A stretch of DNA of 64,000 bases, taken from Negaprion brevirostris. Its lineage: Eukaryota. Made by a program: the position numbers and the translations under genes. The notes beneath the pieces are model-generated. The model did no database searches. It saw only the letters and a list, made by a program, of their open reading frames with translations, and was not told where the DNA came from. The stretch spans positions 16,022,778 through 16,086,777 of the forward strand of contig JARDVH010000099.1 of the NCBI GenBank assembly GCA_030324005.1. Direction: 5' to 3'. Shown piece after piece: positions 38,041 to 49,163 of this stretch (its first letter is position 1; each line of letters opens with the position of its first letter).

Positions 38041-40519
38041 TTTTTCCTTAACTAAACAGCATTAGCTGGCTTTCTTCTGAATCTTGTCTTTTGGAGGAAA
38101 TCCCCATTTGACGACACATCATACTGCATGGTCTTTTACAGGGACAGGAACTGCAACAGATCGCGGAAGAGCTAAATTCCATCCAGCTGAATCATATTAA
38201 TGGGGTCCTTAGATGCCTGCACCCAGATGCAAATCAACATTTAGAATGGACATGGAAGCACTGGCATATTAGTGCATTGGATAGAAAACAGAATTAACAA
38301 CAGAAAACAGAACGTGATAGCGGCAAATCAGAAAAAAAGCTTTGAGAACGGCCAAAGGACAAGATAAGGGTTGCCTGTTGTGACAATGGAGTCAGACACT
38401 TTAGGAACTTTAAAGCAGTTACTGGATAGGCACGTGGAGCACAGCAGAATGACAGGGAGTGGGACAACTTGATCTTGGTTTTGGACAAAGCTCGGCACAA
38501 CATCAGGGCCGAAGAGTCTGTGCTGTGCTATACAGTTCTATGTTCTCTGTTATATACGGGAAAAGATAAAGGAGATACTGCAATATAAAATTCTTTAATG
38601 CCGCTGTTTCCTTATTCAGGCGATACGGAGCAAGAGGAGGAGTTGACCCCTAGACTCCTAGATCCTCGTCAATTGGTTGTTATTAAATGTGTTGTACATA
38701 CGAAGGTGGACACTCCTGTGCAATTAGGGAATGCCTGTGCTGATTTGGTCTGTGCTGATTTCTCAGCATGAGAAATAATAGGGGTAAGGTTATTAAATGC
38801 CCTCTTGGAACCACTCCCTTGCCAGATGGCCCTTTTGCCTGTATACAGTTTGATTTTATTGAATAACCCAAGACATGAATAAGACTTTAATGGCCCTACT
38901 CGCAGCACCAAATGTTGAAGTGGAAACTTTCCGGCTTCTTGAATGTGGTAGAAAGACTCAACAAAAGTTTGTTCCACCAAAATAACTTCCAAGTAGAAGT
39001 TTCCAAGAAAGAAATACAGAATAGGAGGGACCAGGCCAAATGGTCCCTCTAGTCTGCTCTGTCATTCAATAAAATCACACCAGATCTTCTAGCTCACCTC
39101 ACTTTCCAACCTAATCCACCTTTCGCTGAGTTCTCATATTGCCTAATGATCTAGAAATCTGAGTCTTGAATGTAGTCAATAACTAAGCATATACAGGCCT
39201 CTGCAATAAAGACTCAGTGCTCTGGCTGAACAGATTTTTCCCCCAGACATAATCAATGATTTCAAAAGGAAACTGGATTGGCACCATAAAGAAATAAAGT
39301 TGCAAGGTTTTAAGGAGCGAGCAGGGGAGTGGGATTGGCTAGAGCAGCTGGGATGGTATTGATGGGCCAAATGGCCTCCATCTGGGTCATAAATGGTAAC
39401 AGCTCAAACCCCTCTAAGAATTTTGTACATTGCACTAAAATCATCTCATGCTTTTAAACTCCACAGAATATAGGCCCATTAAATTGGGCAAGTCAACTGC
39501 AAGTAGATTTTAAACAGAGATCAATGTAATGAACACTGACATAGAAGATATGAAAAATGCCTGCACACTGACAAAAAAACAGTAAAAGGATATGGTTGTT
39601 GCTGCTGGTTATTCACTAAAAGTTCCCAATCAATATGAAACTTTTCAACAGGATAATGATGTACTGGGATGTTATTCAAGTCTTGTACACATCAGTTGCT
39701 GAGATAATGTGCTAAATATAGTTCTGGGCATCCTAACGTCACCATATGTTAAAAAAGATTCAGAGAAGAGCAGGAAGTGAGATTCAGGGACTGATTTCTC
39801 AGTATAAACTAAGAAACTGAAATTAGCATTAGCAAAAAGGTTGGGGGAGGCATTATTATGCAATTATTTAATCTATCTAGAGAGAAATTGAACAAGTTGC
39901 CTTCCTTTGCTGTCATGCTGCAGATCACTCAAATTTGTGCCACATCTATAATTCAAAGACTGACTGTATTTTAACCAAACAAACCAGGAAAATCACAACA
40001 AGCAGATGGTATGAATTAATAAGCAGCAAGCAGAATGAAAAGTATTATTGCATTGGAAAAATCAACATTGAGTCCGTCCAGCAAGAGTAAAAGTTTGAGT
40101 CAAACATTTTAATAGGATCATTTAAAAGTACTTTTTCTCTCAGTCTGCCAAGATTTATAACAGGATTAAAAGATCAGAAAACATTTTCAGTTTGCAAATA
40201 TTTATCAAATTGCTTTCGTATCTTGAGCATCTTCACGAAGATTACACTAACTGAGACACTGTCATGTAATGATGTAAAATCAGCTGCCGTGCCCTGCACC
40301 TGCCCCAATAAGCAGTACACAGGCTCAGGCTGTTCAGTCCGTTGAGTCTGCCTGTAATTTAGTGATGTCATGGTTGACCTGTATCTTAACCCCATTTACC
40401 CACATTGGTCCCACATCCCTTAATACACTGGCTTTACATACACTTATCAATGTCAGTTTTAAAAAAAAATCAATTGCATCTTGCTTCAATTGAAATATTT
40501 ATCCATTATCCATCCATCC

Positions 40520-40705
40520 AAATATTTATCCATTATCCATCTAGATTTTCAAAAGGCTTTTGATAAGGTGCCTCATAAAAGGTTGCTACAGAAGGTTAGG
40601 GTGCACGGAGTTGGAGGTAAGGTGTTACCGTGGATAGAGGATTGGTTGTCTAATAGGAAGCAGAGAGTTGGTATCAATGGGTGCCATTCTGATTGGCGGT
40701 TGGTG
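40520..40705 (+). mobile_element. Young 5'-truncated CR1 RT fragment running into a gap
   Basis: Uninterrupted LDFQKAFDKVPHKRLLQKVRVHGVGGKVLPWIEDWLSNRKQRVGING; 22-bp duplication (40493-40514 / 40520-40541) at the 5' junction. Confidence 0.88.
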
Positions 40706-42464
40706 NNNNNNNNNNNNNNNNNNNNNNNNNNNNNNNNNNNNNNNNNNNNNNNNNNNNNNNNNNNNNNNNNNNNNNNNNNNNNNNNNNNNNNNNNNNNNNN
40801 NNNNNTTCTTATGTTCTTATTTCCTATAAAAGGTCTATCTCAACCACAATGGAACCACAGATGTCAGCCACCATTGATGGGCTGAATGGTCTTTATGCAC
40901 TGAACATTTCTATGGTACTAGCTGTGACCAATATCCCCAGAATTTCCCAGCTTGGATCAATATAATTCCCTCGTCAAAGTGTGCAGGGTTTTTGCATAAT
41001 TTTGGACACCTGTCCATTCTTTTAACACTTAGAATCAAGAATACTCACAGGAAATGTATTTATTACCCCAAGTGTAAGTCAAATTACATCTTTCCAGACA
41101 TGTAGTATTTTTTGAAAATCACTTGAAAGCTAAAGGAAGATTAACTTGAAAGCCTTTAAGCTGCAACTTCAGCGACATAGAATTTGCAAATCTGTACTCT
41201 GTTTATATTTAGAAATCTAAGACACTTTCAGCTGTGGTGCTTAAAGGAAAGAATTTTTCAAGAACTCATTTCAATGTCACTGGAAAGTGAAATCTGAAGA
41301 CACTTCTTCCAAAATTCTTGCACTGCTGCTGTGCATCTCGCTTCTACTTCTACAATCCAATTGCAAAATTCTCAAACTCCAGAATTATCCCCTCATTGTT
41401 GCCAAACAAAGAATCTGCTCTCAGTGCTACCAGACTGCAGGATGTCACTTTGTAACTGAACACCAAATACCTCTCCAAATGTTGTAAATTCTCATTCTGC
41501 ATTATACAAAACCCCAGGTCACCAAACCCCTGACAACATTCTGCAATTCCACAACTACCCACTCCATGCCCCCAAGGTGATAGCTTTTGCCAGTGACGAC
41601 TCTTGCCGCAGTCAGCTTCATGGATTGAAGTCCCATTCCAGAGGTTAACACCAGAATGCAATACCTTCTCAGGTAGACAAAAAAAATCTCATGACACTAT
41701 CTGAAGCATAACAGGAGTTCTTGCTGAAGTCCTGGCCAATATTTAACTCTCAATGAACACCACTAAAACAGATGATTTCATCAACTCATTGCTTTGTGTG
41801 AGAGCTTGCTGAGCACAAATTAGCTGATGATGTGTTTCTTGCAATGGTACAGATATTCAAAAGTTAATTGGTTGCAAAGCACTTTAACACATCCTGAGTT
41901 CTTAAAAGGCATTGTATAAACTCAAGTTTACGTTCTCCCAAATCCCAGGAAACAAATTTCTCCCTTCTGCTAAATCCCCTAACCATCGAAGATGTTCTAG
42001 AACTCCACAACAACAATGTCAAAACTTCAGAGTCCCCTTTTCATTCTGCTAAGTATCAGAACCGCCAGCACAGTCCAGTCAAACCTTTAGAATTCCACTC
42101 CCAGGCCTCCAAATTCTAAACACTCGGTCATACAAAACTAAACACTTCCCTTTCTATATCCACCAATTACACAACTAACTTGAAAATGGCACATGCTGTC
42201 CATCAAGTTACTGTATTTCCTGAGCTTCACCAAAAGATAATGGATAAAATCAAATACATAATGAAAGAAACACTTATTCATGAAGTCACAAATGTAGTTT
42301 GCACAGAGCAATGGACACTTAGATTTTCAGATTCTCAAGCTGACTTGGGTGGTATTAGAGTCTATGAGTAATCAGAGGAGATAGGTAATTTCATCTGGTT
42401 TTGGTTTGGTTTGGTTCAGTCCAACATATATGGAGTTTAAAATCTAGTTGCCATCCAGGGGAGA

Positions 42465-42790
42465 TGGTGGAAATGTGACTGGACTAGTATTCCAGAGGCC
42501 CAGGCCAATGTTCTGGGGTTCAAATCCTATCACAGCAGTTGGTGGAATTTAAATTCAATTCATAATCTGGAATTGGAAAGCATGTCTCAGTAACTGTTGG
42601 CAAAATATATCAAAAACATGCAGCTCACCAACGTCCTTATCTTACATGTGATTCAGACCAATAATAATTTGGTTGATACACAATTGCTCTCTGAAATGGT
42701 GTGGAATGCCACTCAATTCAGAGGCAATTAGGGATGGGCAATAAATACTGGTCTTGCCAGCAATGCCCACCTCCCATTAAAGAATTTAAA
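42465..42790 (+). mobile_element. tRNA-derived SINE with tail shared with the second CR1-clade family
   Basis: ggactagtattccagagg..ggggttcaaatcc head; tail ggcaattagggatgggcaataaa..gccagcaatgcccac like the LINE end near 23010. Confidence 0.7.
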
Positions 42791-43632
42791 AAATCCAAAT
42801 ATTTTGATTGTTTGTGTCTCCAAGGTTTCTGACTTGAGAAAGTAACCAAACCAATTATTTCAGATATCAGCAACTGCATGCGATTTGCTTTATTTTGTAG
42901 TTACCAGTTAACTTTTGAATCTGGCAGGGGATTTGCCAAAGCTAAGAAGCTGGAGTTTTCAGGAACATTTAATGCATTAAGCAGAGCTGTTCTGAGTAAA
43001 GTTCACAAAATTAGTTTGAAACTTTCACAAGCTAGGTCAGACTTGTTTAGTTCCCACAATGGCACAAAACAGATGGTAAAAGCCCACTAAGTGCTATGAA
43101 GAACATTAAAGCTGATCGTTGATTCATGGCCACGAATACGGCTATGCACATATTATGATTGATATCCCCTTTCAGCTGTTCACCAGCCTGCTTTTCAAGA
43201 GAGGATCATTCCACAAGTTGTAAGGTCAAGTAAAGTACACTTTCAACGTGCAGCTTCAGAATTTATAAATTGGACTCCAAAATAAACCATTATTTCAACA
43301 TGTATAATGCCTATAAAAAAAGTATTTCATATCTTAAAGGAATATCATCCCTATTAAAAGCTAGTAAATAGCTCACATTAATGAACACTTCAATACTCCA
43401 AGTTAAGATACATTGATTTATGCTGCAAAGCCCCCAGTCCGCTGAAATCAATGAGCAACAATAACTTATAATTGCTCGAGGTGCTTCATAGGAGGAGCAT
43501 TATAGAACATAATAGGACACTGAGCCACATTCAGAGATATTAAGTCAAATGACCAAAAGCTTGGTCAAAGTTGTAAGCTTTCAGGGGTGCAGTTCTGTTG
43601 GAAGGTTGTAGGGCTGTACATGATTAAACAGA

Positions 43633-43678
43633 GAGGAGGAGGAGGAGGAGGAGGAGAAGGAGGAGGCGGCAGCGGAGA
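43633..43678 (+). repeat. (GGA)n microsatellite
   Basis: gaggaggaggaggaggaggaggagaaggaggaggcggc. Confidence 0.9.
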
Positions 43679-44133
43679 GGCCTGAAGGCATTTCAAAAAC
43701 CAGGATGAAAATTTTGAAATTGAGGCGCTGCTTGAATAGGAGCTCATTTAAATGTGAGCACAAGGGTGATGGTTAAGACATGGGCAGCAGAATTTTAGAT
43801 GACAGCAAGTTTGTGGAGGGCACAACGTAGGAGAGAGCAGCTGTGATGGACTGAAATAATGATGTCGATATGCCGGCGTTGGACTGGGGTAAACACAGTA
43901 AAAAGTCTGACAACACCAGGTTNNNNNNNNNNNNNNNNNNNNNNNNNNNNNNNNNNNNNNNNNNNNNNNNNNNNNNNNNNNNNNNNNNNNNNNNNNNNNN
44001 NNNNNNNNNNNNNNNNNNNNNNAGCAGCTGTGATGGACTGAAATAATTATGTCGATATGCCGGCGTTGGACTGGGGTAAACACAGTAAAAAGTCTGACAA
44101 CACCAGGTTTAAGTCCAACCGATTTATTGGATA

Positions 44134-44181
44134 GTAAACTCACTAGCTTTCGAGGTTATCCCCTTCGTCAAGTGAACTCAC
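44134..44181 (-). ncRNA. Second hammerhead copy with C3>U core substitution
   Basis: Minus strand gtgagttcac TTGACGA a gggg ataa cctc GAAA gc TA gtgagtttac. Confidence 0.55.
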
Positions 44182-44220
44182 CTGACGAAGGGGGGTAACC
44201 TCGAAAGCTAGTGAGTTTAC
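44172..44220 (+). ncRNA. Minimal type I hammerhead ribozyme motif (Penelope-associated), intact core
   Basis: Stem I gtgaactcac/gtgagtttac, CTGACGA at 44182-44188, stem II gggg/cctc, GAAA at 44203-44206, palindromic AGCT stem III, cleavage triplet CUA ending at 44210. Confidence 0.7.
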
Positions 44221-45439
44221 TATCCAATAAATCAGTTGGACTTAAACCTGGTGTTGTCAGACTTTTTACCATGGACTGAAATAGTCAGGTCTAGAGGGAT
44301 ACAAAGGTAAGGACAAGTCCATGGGCAGCAGACAATAGTGGGGACAAAATGGGGCAATTTTATGAATGTGGAAATTGTTCGTCTTAATGACGGAATGACA
44401 GCTCATCTCAGGATCAAATGTGACATCAACATTGCAAACAGACTGGTTTAGACTTGACAAGTGGCGAATGGAGGGGAATAAGTCAGGACTCAGGAAATGA
44501 AGCTATAAGTAAGTATTCCCAATAGTTAATTGGAGGAAATTTCTGTTCATCCACTAGTGAATGTTGAACAGTCTGATAATTTAACAACTGCAAAGACGAC
44601 AAGAAAGGTGGTGAGGTATAACAACGGACAGTTAATGGGTGCTGGCCTTACTTCTTCTTCTCCAGACTAAGATACTGTTAACCTAAAAGCAATATCTCAA
44701 GAAGGCCAGCTGTTTCTTCTTAGTCCAGACAAACATCCGTGACCTCAATCTATTAAAGAGACGAGGTTACTTGACATACCATTTCCTCTGGCTAACCACG
44801 AGCAATTCCATAGGAGATTCACTAGCATTACATATCTAACACATTTGAAAAGTTTGTTAAAAAAAGCTAAACATGATGATATATTGAGGTCTGACCAGAG
44901 ATGCAGAGTCCCACTATTCTCACGTGACAAATCATTTCACAATTTACACAAGAAATACTACAACTTACCACCACTGAGGAGATATCTGCCACTGATATCC
45001 TGAGTGTAAGAGTGGAGACAGAATATAATTATTCAGTCTCTACTTAGATAATTTATTTACCTGTGAGGACTAAGACTTGCATAAATACCCAGAAAATAGT
45101 GCATTTTAGTAATTTCGACTGTTTACATTCCAGTTCTATTGATTATTGACATTATAAATAATTAATGGAGTTTTCAGCATTTCTCACGGTGAGACAGAGG
45201 TATGTTTTATAATGAATGGAATATCTGTGATCCAGTGAAAAATGCATTATTTTGGTGGTATATTACTCAGTAAAAAATTATAATGAAAAGCAGGTAAAAA
45301 TAATTGCATCTAGAANNNNNNNNNNNNNNNNNNNNNNNNNNNNNNNNNNNNNNNNNNNNNNNNNNNNNNNNNNNNNNNNNNNNNNNNNNNNNNNNNNNNN
45401 NNNNNNNNNNNNNNNTGCATATAGAATTTTAAAAATGCT

Positions 45440-46120
45440 ACAATTCTAAAGGGAATCCAGGAACAAGGGAACCTGCTCAAATCAGTGAAGTTGGCAGGAC
45501 ATGTTGAGAAAGCGATCAATGAAGCATATGGGATTTGGGGCTTTATAAATAGGAGCATAGTGTTAGATAAAAGTAAGGAAGTTGTAATAAATCATAAAAC
45601 ACTGGTTCTGCCTCAACTGAAATACTGTGTTCCATTCTGAGCACTACACTTTAGGAAGGAAATATTGTAAAAGTATTTGAGAGGGTGGAGAAAAAAAAAG
45701 GCTTACAAGAACAGCTCCAGGGATAAGGGGCATCAGCTGCATGGTAGATCGGGGAAACTGGGGCTGCTCTCAGAAGACAGAAGGATTTGGTAGATATTCA
45801 AAATCATGACGGGAGAAACTGTTCCTGTTTGTGTGCATGTTGGAAACGCAGAATATTCTGATTTAAGATGATTGGCAAAAAAAGTAATGGCAGCATGAGG
45901 AAAAACATTACACAAGTGGTAAGGACCTGGAACGTACGAAATGTGCAGTGGAAGCAGATGCAAGCAAAGCTTTTAAAAGAGAATTGGACCATATTCTGAA
46001 GAGAAAGGAATTGCAGGGCTATGGGAGATGCGGCAGAGTGCAACATGAGTTGCTCTTAGAGAGCCGGCACAGACAAAACAGGCCAAATGGTTTCCTTCTG
46101 CACTGTAACCATTCTATGGA
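45440..46120 (+). mobile_element. CR1 LINE 3' end
   Basis: caactgaaatactgtgttccattctg..; tail ggccaaatggtttccttctgcactgtaaccattctatg. Confidence 0.8.
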
Positions 46121-46329
46121 TCCAAAATAATGAGATCAAATTATAGAAAGATGATTCCCTTTTGGTTTGATCGAATTTGTAAACTTAATAAATTGCATAT
46201 AAAATATTACACTATTTACTAAAATCTCCTGTGGCATTGCATAATGGAGTCAAAATGACGTATTTCTGGATGTTGACCTAGACCATTTAAACTTTAGTGT
46301 TTTAATTGACACTTAGCTGAGTTTCTGAC

Positions 46330-46920
46330 CACTCATCATCTCTATTATTAAGACAGCTTACTTCCAAGTCTATGACAGCCCGTTCCTGTCCCACCTTGGT
46401 CCATCTACTGTTGAAACACTAATCCTTTTGCTAACTCCCAACTCAACTACTTCAATCCTCTGCTGGTCAGCCTCCCATCTTCTATTAACTTGAGCTCATC
46501 CAAAGTTTTGCTGTCTATATCCTGACTCATTATAAGAAGTCTGGCTTCTGTTGACCTACATTGGTTCCCAGTCTAACAATAAGTATCACCAGTTTTGGAA
46601 TTCATATCCTTATGATCAAATCCTACATTAGTCATACCCTTCCCCGTCCATGCGACCTCTTCCAGCCATACAGTTGTCTGATGGGCTCTTAAGTATCTAG
46701 ATTTCCGTTGCCCATCCATTGATGGCTTAGTCTTCAATTGCCTATGCTCTAAGCTGGTATTCCCTTTCAAAACATCTTTGTATTTCTACCCCCCTCGCAT
46801 TTGTGATGACCTTTAAAAGCTACCTCTTTGATCAGGCTTTCCGTTACCCAAGTGAACACCTTACGTGGCTCAATGTCAATTAGCAGCTTTGGTCATTTTA
46901 TTAGGTTGAAGTTGCTAAAC
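46330..46920 (+). mobile_element. Decayed L2 LINE 3' portion
   Basis: ctcaactacttcaatcctctgctgg, ctacattggttcccagt, aaaagctacctctttgatcaggcttt. Confidence 0.65.
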
Positions 46921-48106
46921 AGAAAGTTGTTATTTTGCTAAAATTGGTTCCCAGCTGATGACAAAGAATTGGCTGGAGGACTGGAGAAATGCTGGAGGCG
47001 ATTGGAGCAGCTTTCAGAACACAATGGACCTCTATGTGGAACGTGATTCTGCACATGCAACGGAAAGTTGAGGAGGGCGAGAGAAAATCTGGTATAGAAG
47101 CTCAGCATGGAAGGATGTAGTGGCCCTTCATAAGCAAACTAGGAGTGAGACTTCTGGTAGATTAGCTGGTATCAGAATAAAAATCAGATGACGTCACTTC
47201 AGAACAGAAAAGGTGATTTGTATACTTAATTAAGAATTAACTTTTCATATATGTAAAAACCTGATAAAATATGTACTTTGAACATTATAAATTTCTTACT
47301 AAGAATATCAAGCAAATAGAATAAAGGAAGAGAGAATATGTTCCTTGACTGAGTCATTTAAATGGCCTCCATCTAGATTCTAACTTTATGTGTGAATAAG
47401 TTTGAAATCAACAAGTCAAGGGGAAAATAAATTGGTTGAAGCCAAATGTTTTATATGACCAAATGAAGGAAAATAATTCAGATAGTTATATATCCAGATA
47501 CATGTATAAATGTGACTGGTTTAAGTGAGATTTTATTGAACTAGAACCTTACAAGGACTGGCTGATGTGCAATATGATTTTAAAATCCTCCAATCTGTGA
47601 CAACATTTTCAATTTTAAATCCACATTTAGTGGAAACTGCTAGTGTAAACTTGCCAAGTTTTGATTACATCCTCCCCAGCAATGCAGCCCCATTACGTGA
47701 GAGCAAATTTTGTACAATATGGTGTGTTTACATCAACAGTTTTTAAATATGGATTATGGACATAGCAACTTATGACAAACATAAAAAAAGGACTGTACTA
47801 ACACAAGATGAGAACTGAATTATCTGTGTGCCCTGGTTCAATTATCTCCCATCCTCTAACCCACCTGAGCTCACGACCGCACTTGGTCTGACTCCCTGAA
47901 TGCAATGCCAAGAGAGATCAACCAGCATAGGCTTATATTACAGTTTGAACACTAAGTGCCACATATTCTGTTACAGCTTTCCAATAGACATATGGCTACT
48001 CACTGGGAAGCAGGAAGTGCTCTTCTGTTACTGGTATTTAACAATTTGGTTGCACTGATAATTTTCATTTCTTGCAATAATCAGTGCCGTGAACCATATG
48101 GCCTGC

Positions 48107-48395
48107 ACGGTGGCACAGTAGTTGGCACTGCTGCCTCACAGCACCTGGGACCTGGGTTTGATTCCCAGCTTGGGTCACTGTCTGTGCAGAATCTGCATGT
48201 TCTCCCTGTATCAGCATGGGTTTTCTCCAGGTGCTCCGGTTTCCTCCCACAGTCCGACAGACGTGCTGGTTAGGTGCACTGGCCATGCTAAATTCTCCCT
48301 CAGTGTATCCAAACAGTGTGGTGACTAGGGGATTTTCACGGTAACTTCACTGCATTGTTAATGTAAGCCTACTCGTGACTTTAATAAATAAAATT
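48107..48395 (+). mobile_element. HE1-like V-SINE, type A tail
   Basis: cacggtggcacagtagttggcactgctgcctcacag head; V-domain; tail ending aataaataaa. Confidence 0.88.
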
Positions 48396-48954
48396 AAAAA
48401 AACAGTTTCTACCAGAGAGATCCTCTCAGTGGAGGTCAATCACCTCGTCTGAAAAGGGGCAAACCACCAAATAAGAAGCAAAAATATCATCTACCAAGTG
48501 ACTGATTTAAAACTGAACTAAAATAGACACATTTAAAAATGTTATACCATTTGAATCGTTAGGAAAACATTCAATTATATGCAAATAAATTGGTTTCACA
48601 ACTGTTGTATAGGATTGCGTTCTATCAGGTATCTGTAAAGTCATCTGCCTATACATATCCTATAAAAAAAACTAACATCTTCATTAATATAATTATTTTG
48701 ATTTAAAAAGCAAGATTTGGGAGATAAAGCAATTAAAATAGTTCATCTGTAGTTCAGTCTGAGATTACAGCGATCCCTACTGAATAAAAAGTGATCAATC
48801 ACAATCATGCACTGCGTTCCCAGATCAGAAACAGCCCAAAGCACAGTGTGGATTAGAAAAGCCACCAAGCAAGGTGCTTTGATTATCTGTTTGCATTTTG
48901 GTTAGTGCTTCAGAAAGAAAGGCATTAGCAAAATATGGAATTGACACATCATAC

Positions 48955-49002
48955 CTATATCAGATACTACGGTCTTGGAAAACTTTCTGCTTTTGTTTTT
49001 CA
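48955..49002 (-). CDS. STXBP5: Tomosyn-1 cassette exon (48 nt, b-tomosyn type)
   Basis: cttttccag|TG AAA...ATA G|gtatga; VKNKSRKFSKTVVSDI, compare mammalian VKTKSRKFSKMVANDI; 101-nt intron separates it from the previous exon. Confidence 0.9.
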
Positions 49003-49103
49003 CTGGAAAAGCATAATGTTTTATATGTAAATCAAAAGAAAAATACTGAAACAGAAGAAAAATCTGAGAACTGAAATGATATTGTACCATAATAATACTG
49101 TAC

Positions 49104-49163
49104 CCCTTTCTATAAAGTTAGGCATTTTTTGTTCATCTTCAGAATTGCATGAAGAGGTAGAAC
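49104..49163 (-). CDS. STXBP5: Tomosyn-1 cassette exon (60 nt, b-tomosyn type)
   Basis: cgtgtag|GT TCT...AGG G|gtacag; GSTSSCNSEDEQKMPNFIER, compare mammalian GSSSPHNSDDEQKMNNFIEK; symmetric phase 1-1. Confidence 0.9.

Larger units (their letters stand above)
44046..44270. mobile_element. Penelope-like element terminus (inverted pLTR palindrome) with 13-bp TSD
   Basis: Near-perfect inverted repeat at 44085-44269, one-sided 39-nt extension at 44046-44084, direct repeat ATGGACTGAAATA at 44033-44045 and 44271-44283. Confidence 0.8.
43460..44615 (-). mobile_element. Decayed L2 LINE hosting the Penelope palindrome
   Basis: DVTFDPEMS, SRPDYFS (SRLDYCNS-like), FKQRLNFKIFILVF; L2-type tail. Confidence 0.7.

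Noticed and set aside
43835-44110. Apparent tandem duplication of the palindrome's left flank
   Set aside because: The two copies flank a 100-N gap, so this is most likely a contig overlap or haplotype artefact. Similar duplicated gap flanks occur near 5470/5604, 20892/21014 and 53533/53665.
47189-47196. Isolated full CRE (TGACGTCA) as an enhancer
   Set aside because: A single 8-mer with no supporting context is expected by chance in 64 kb.
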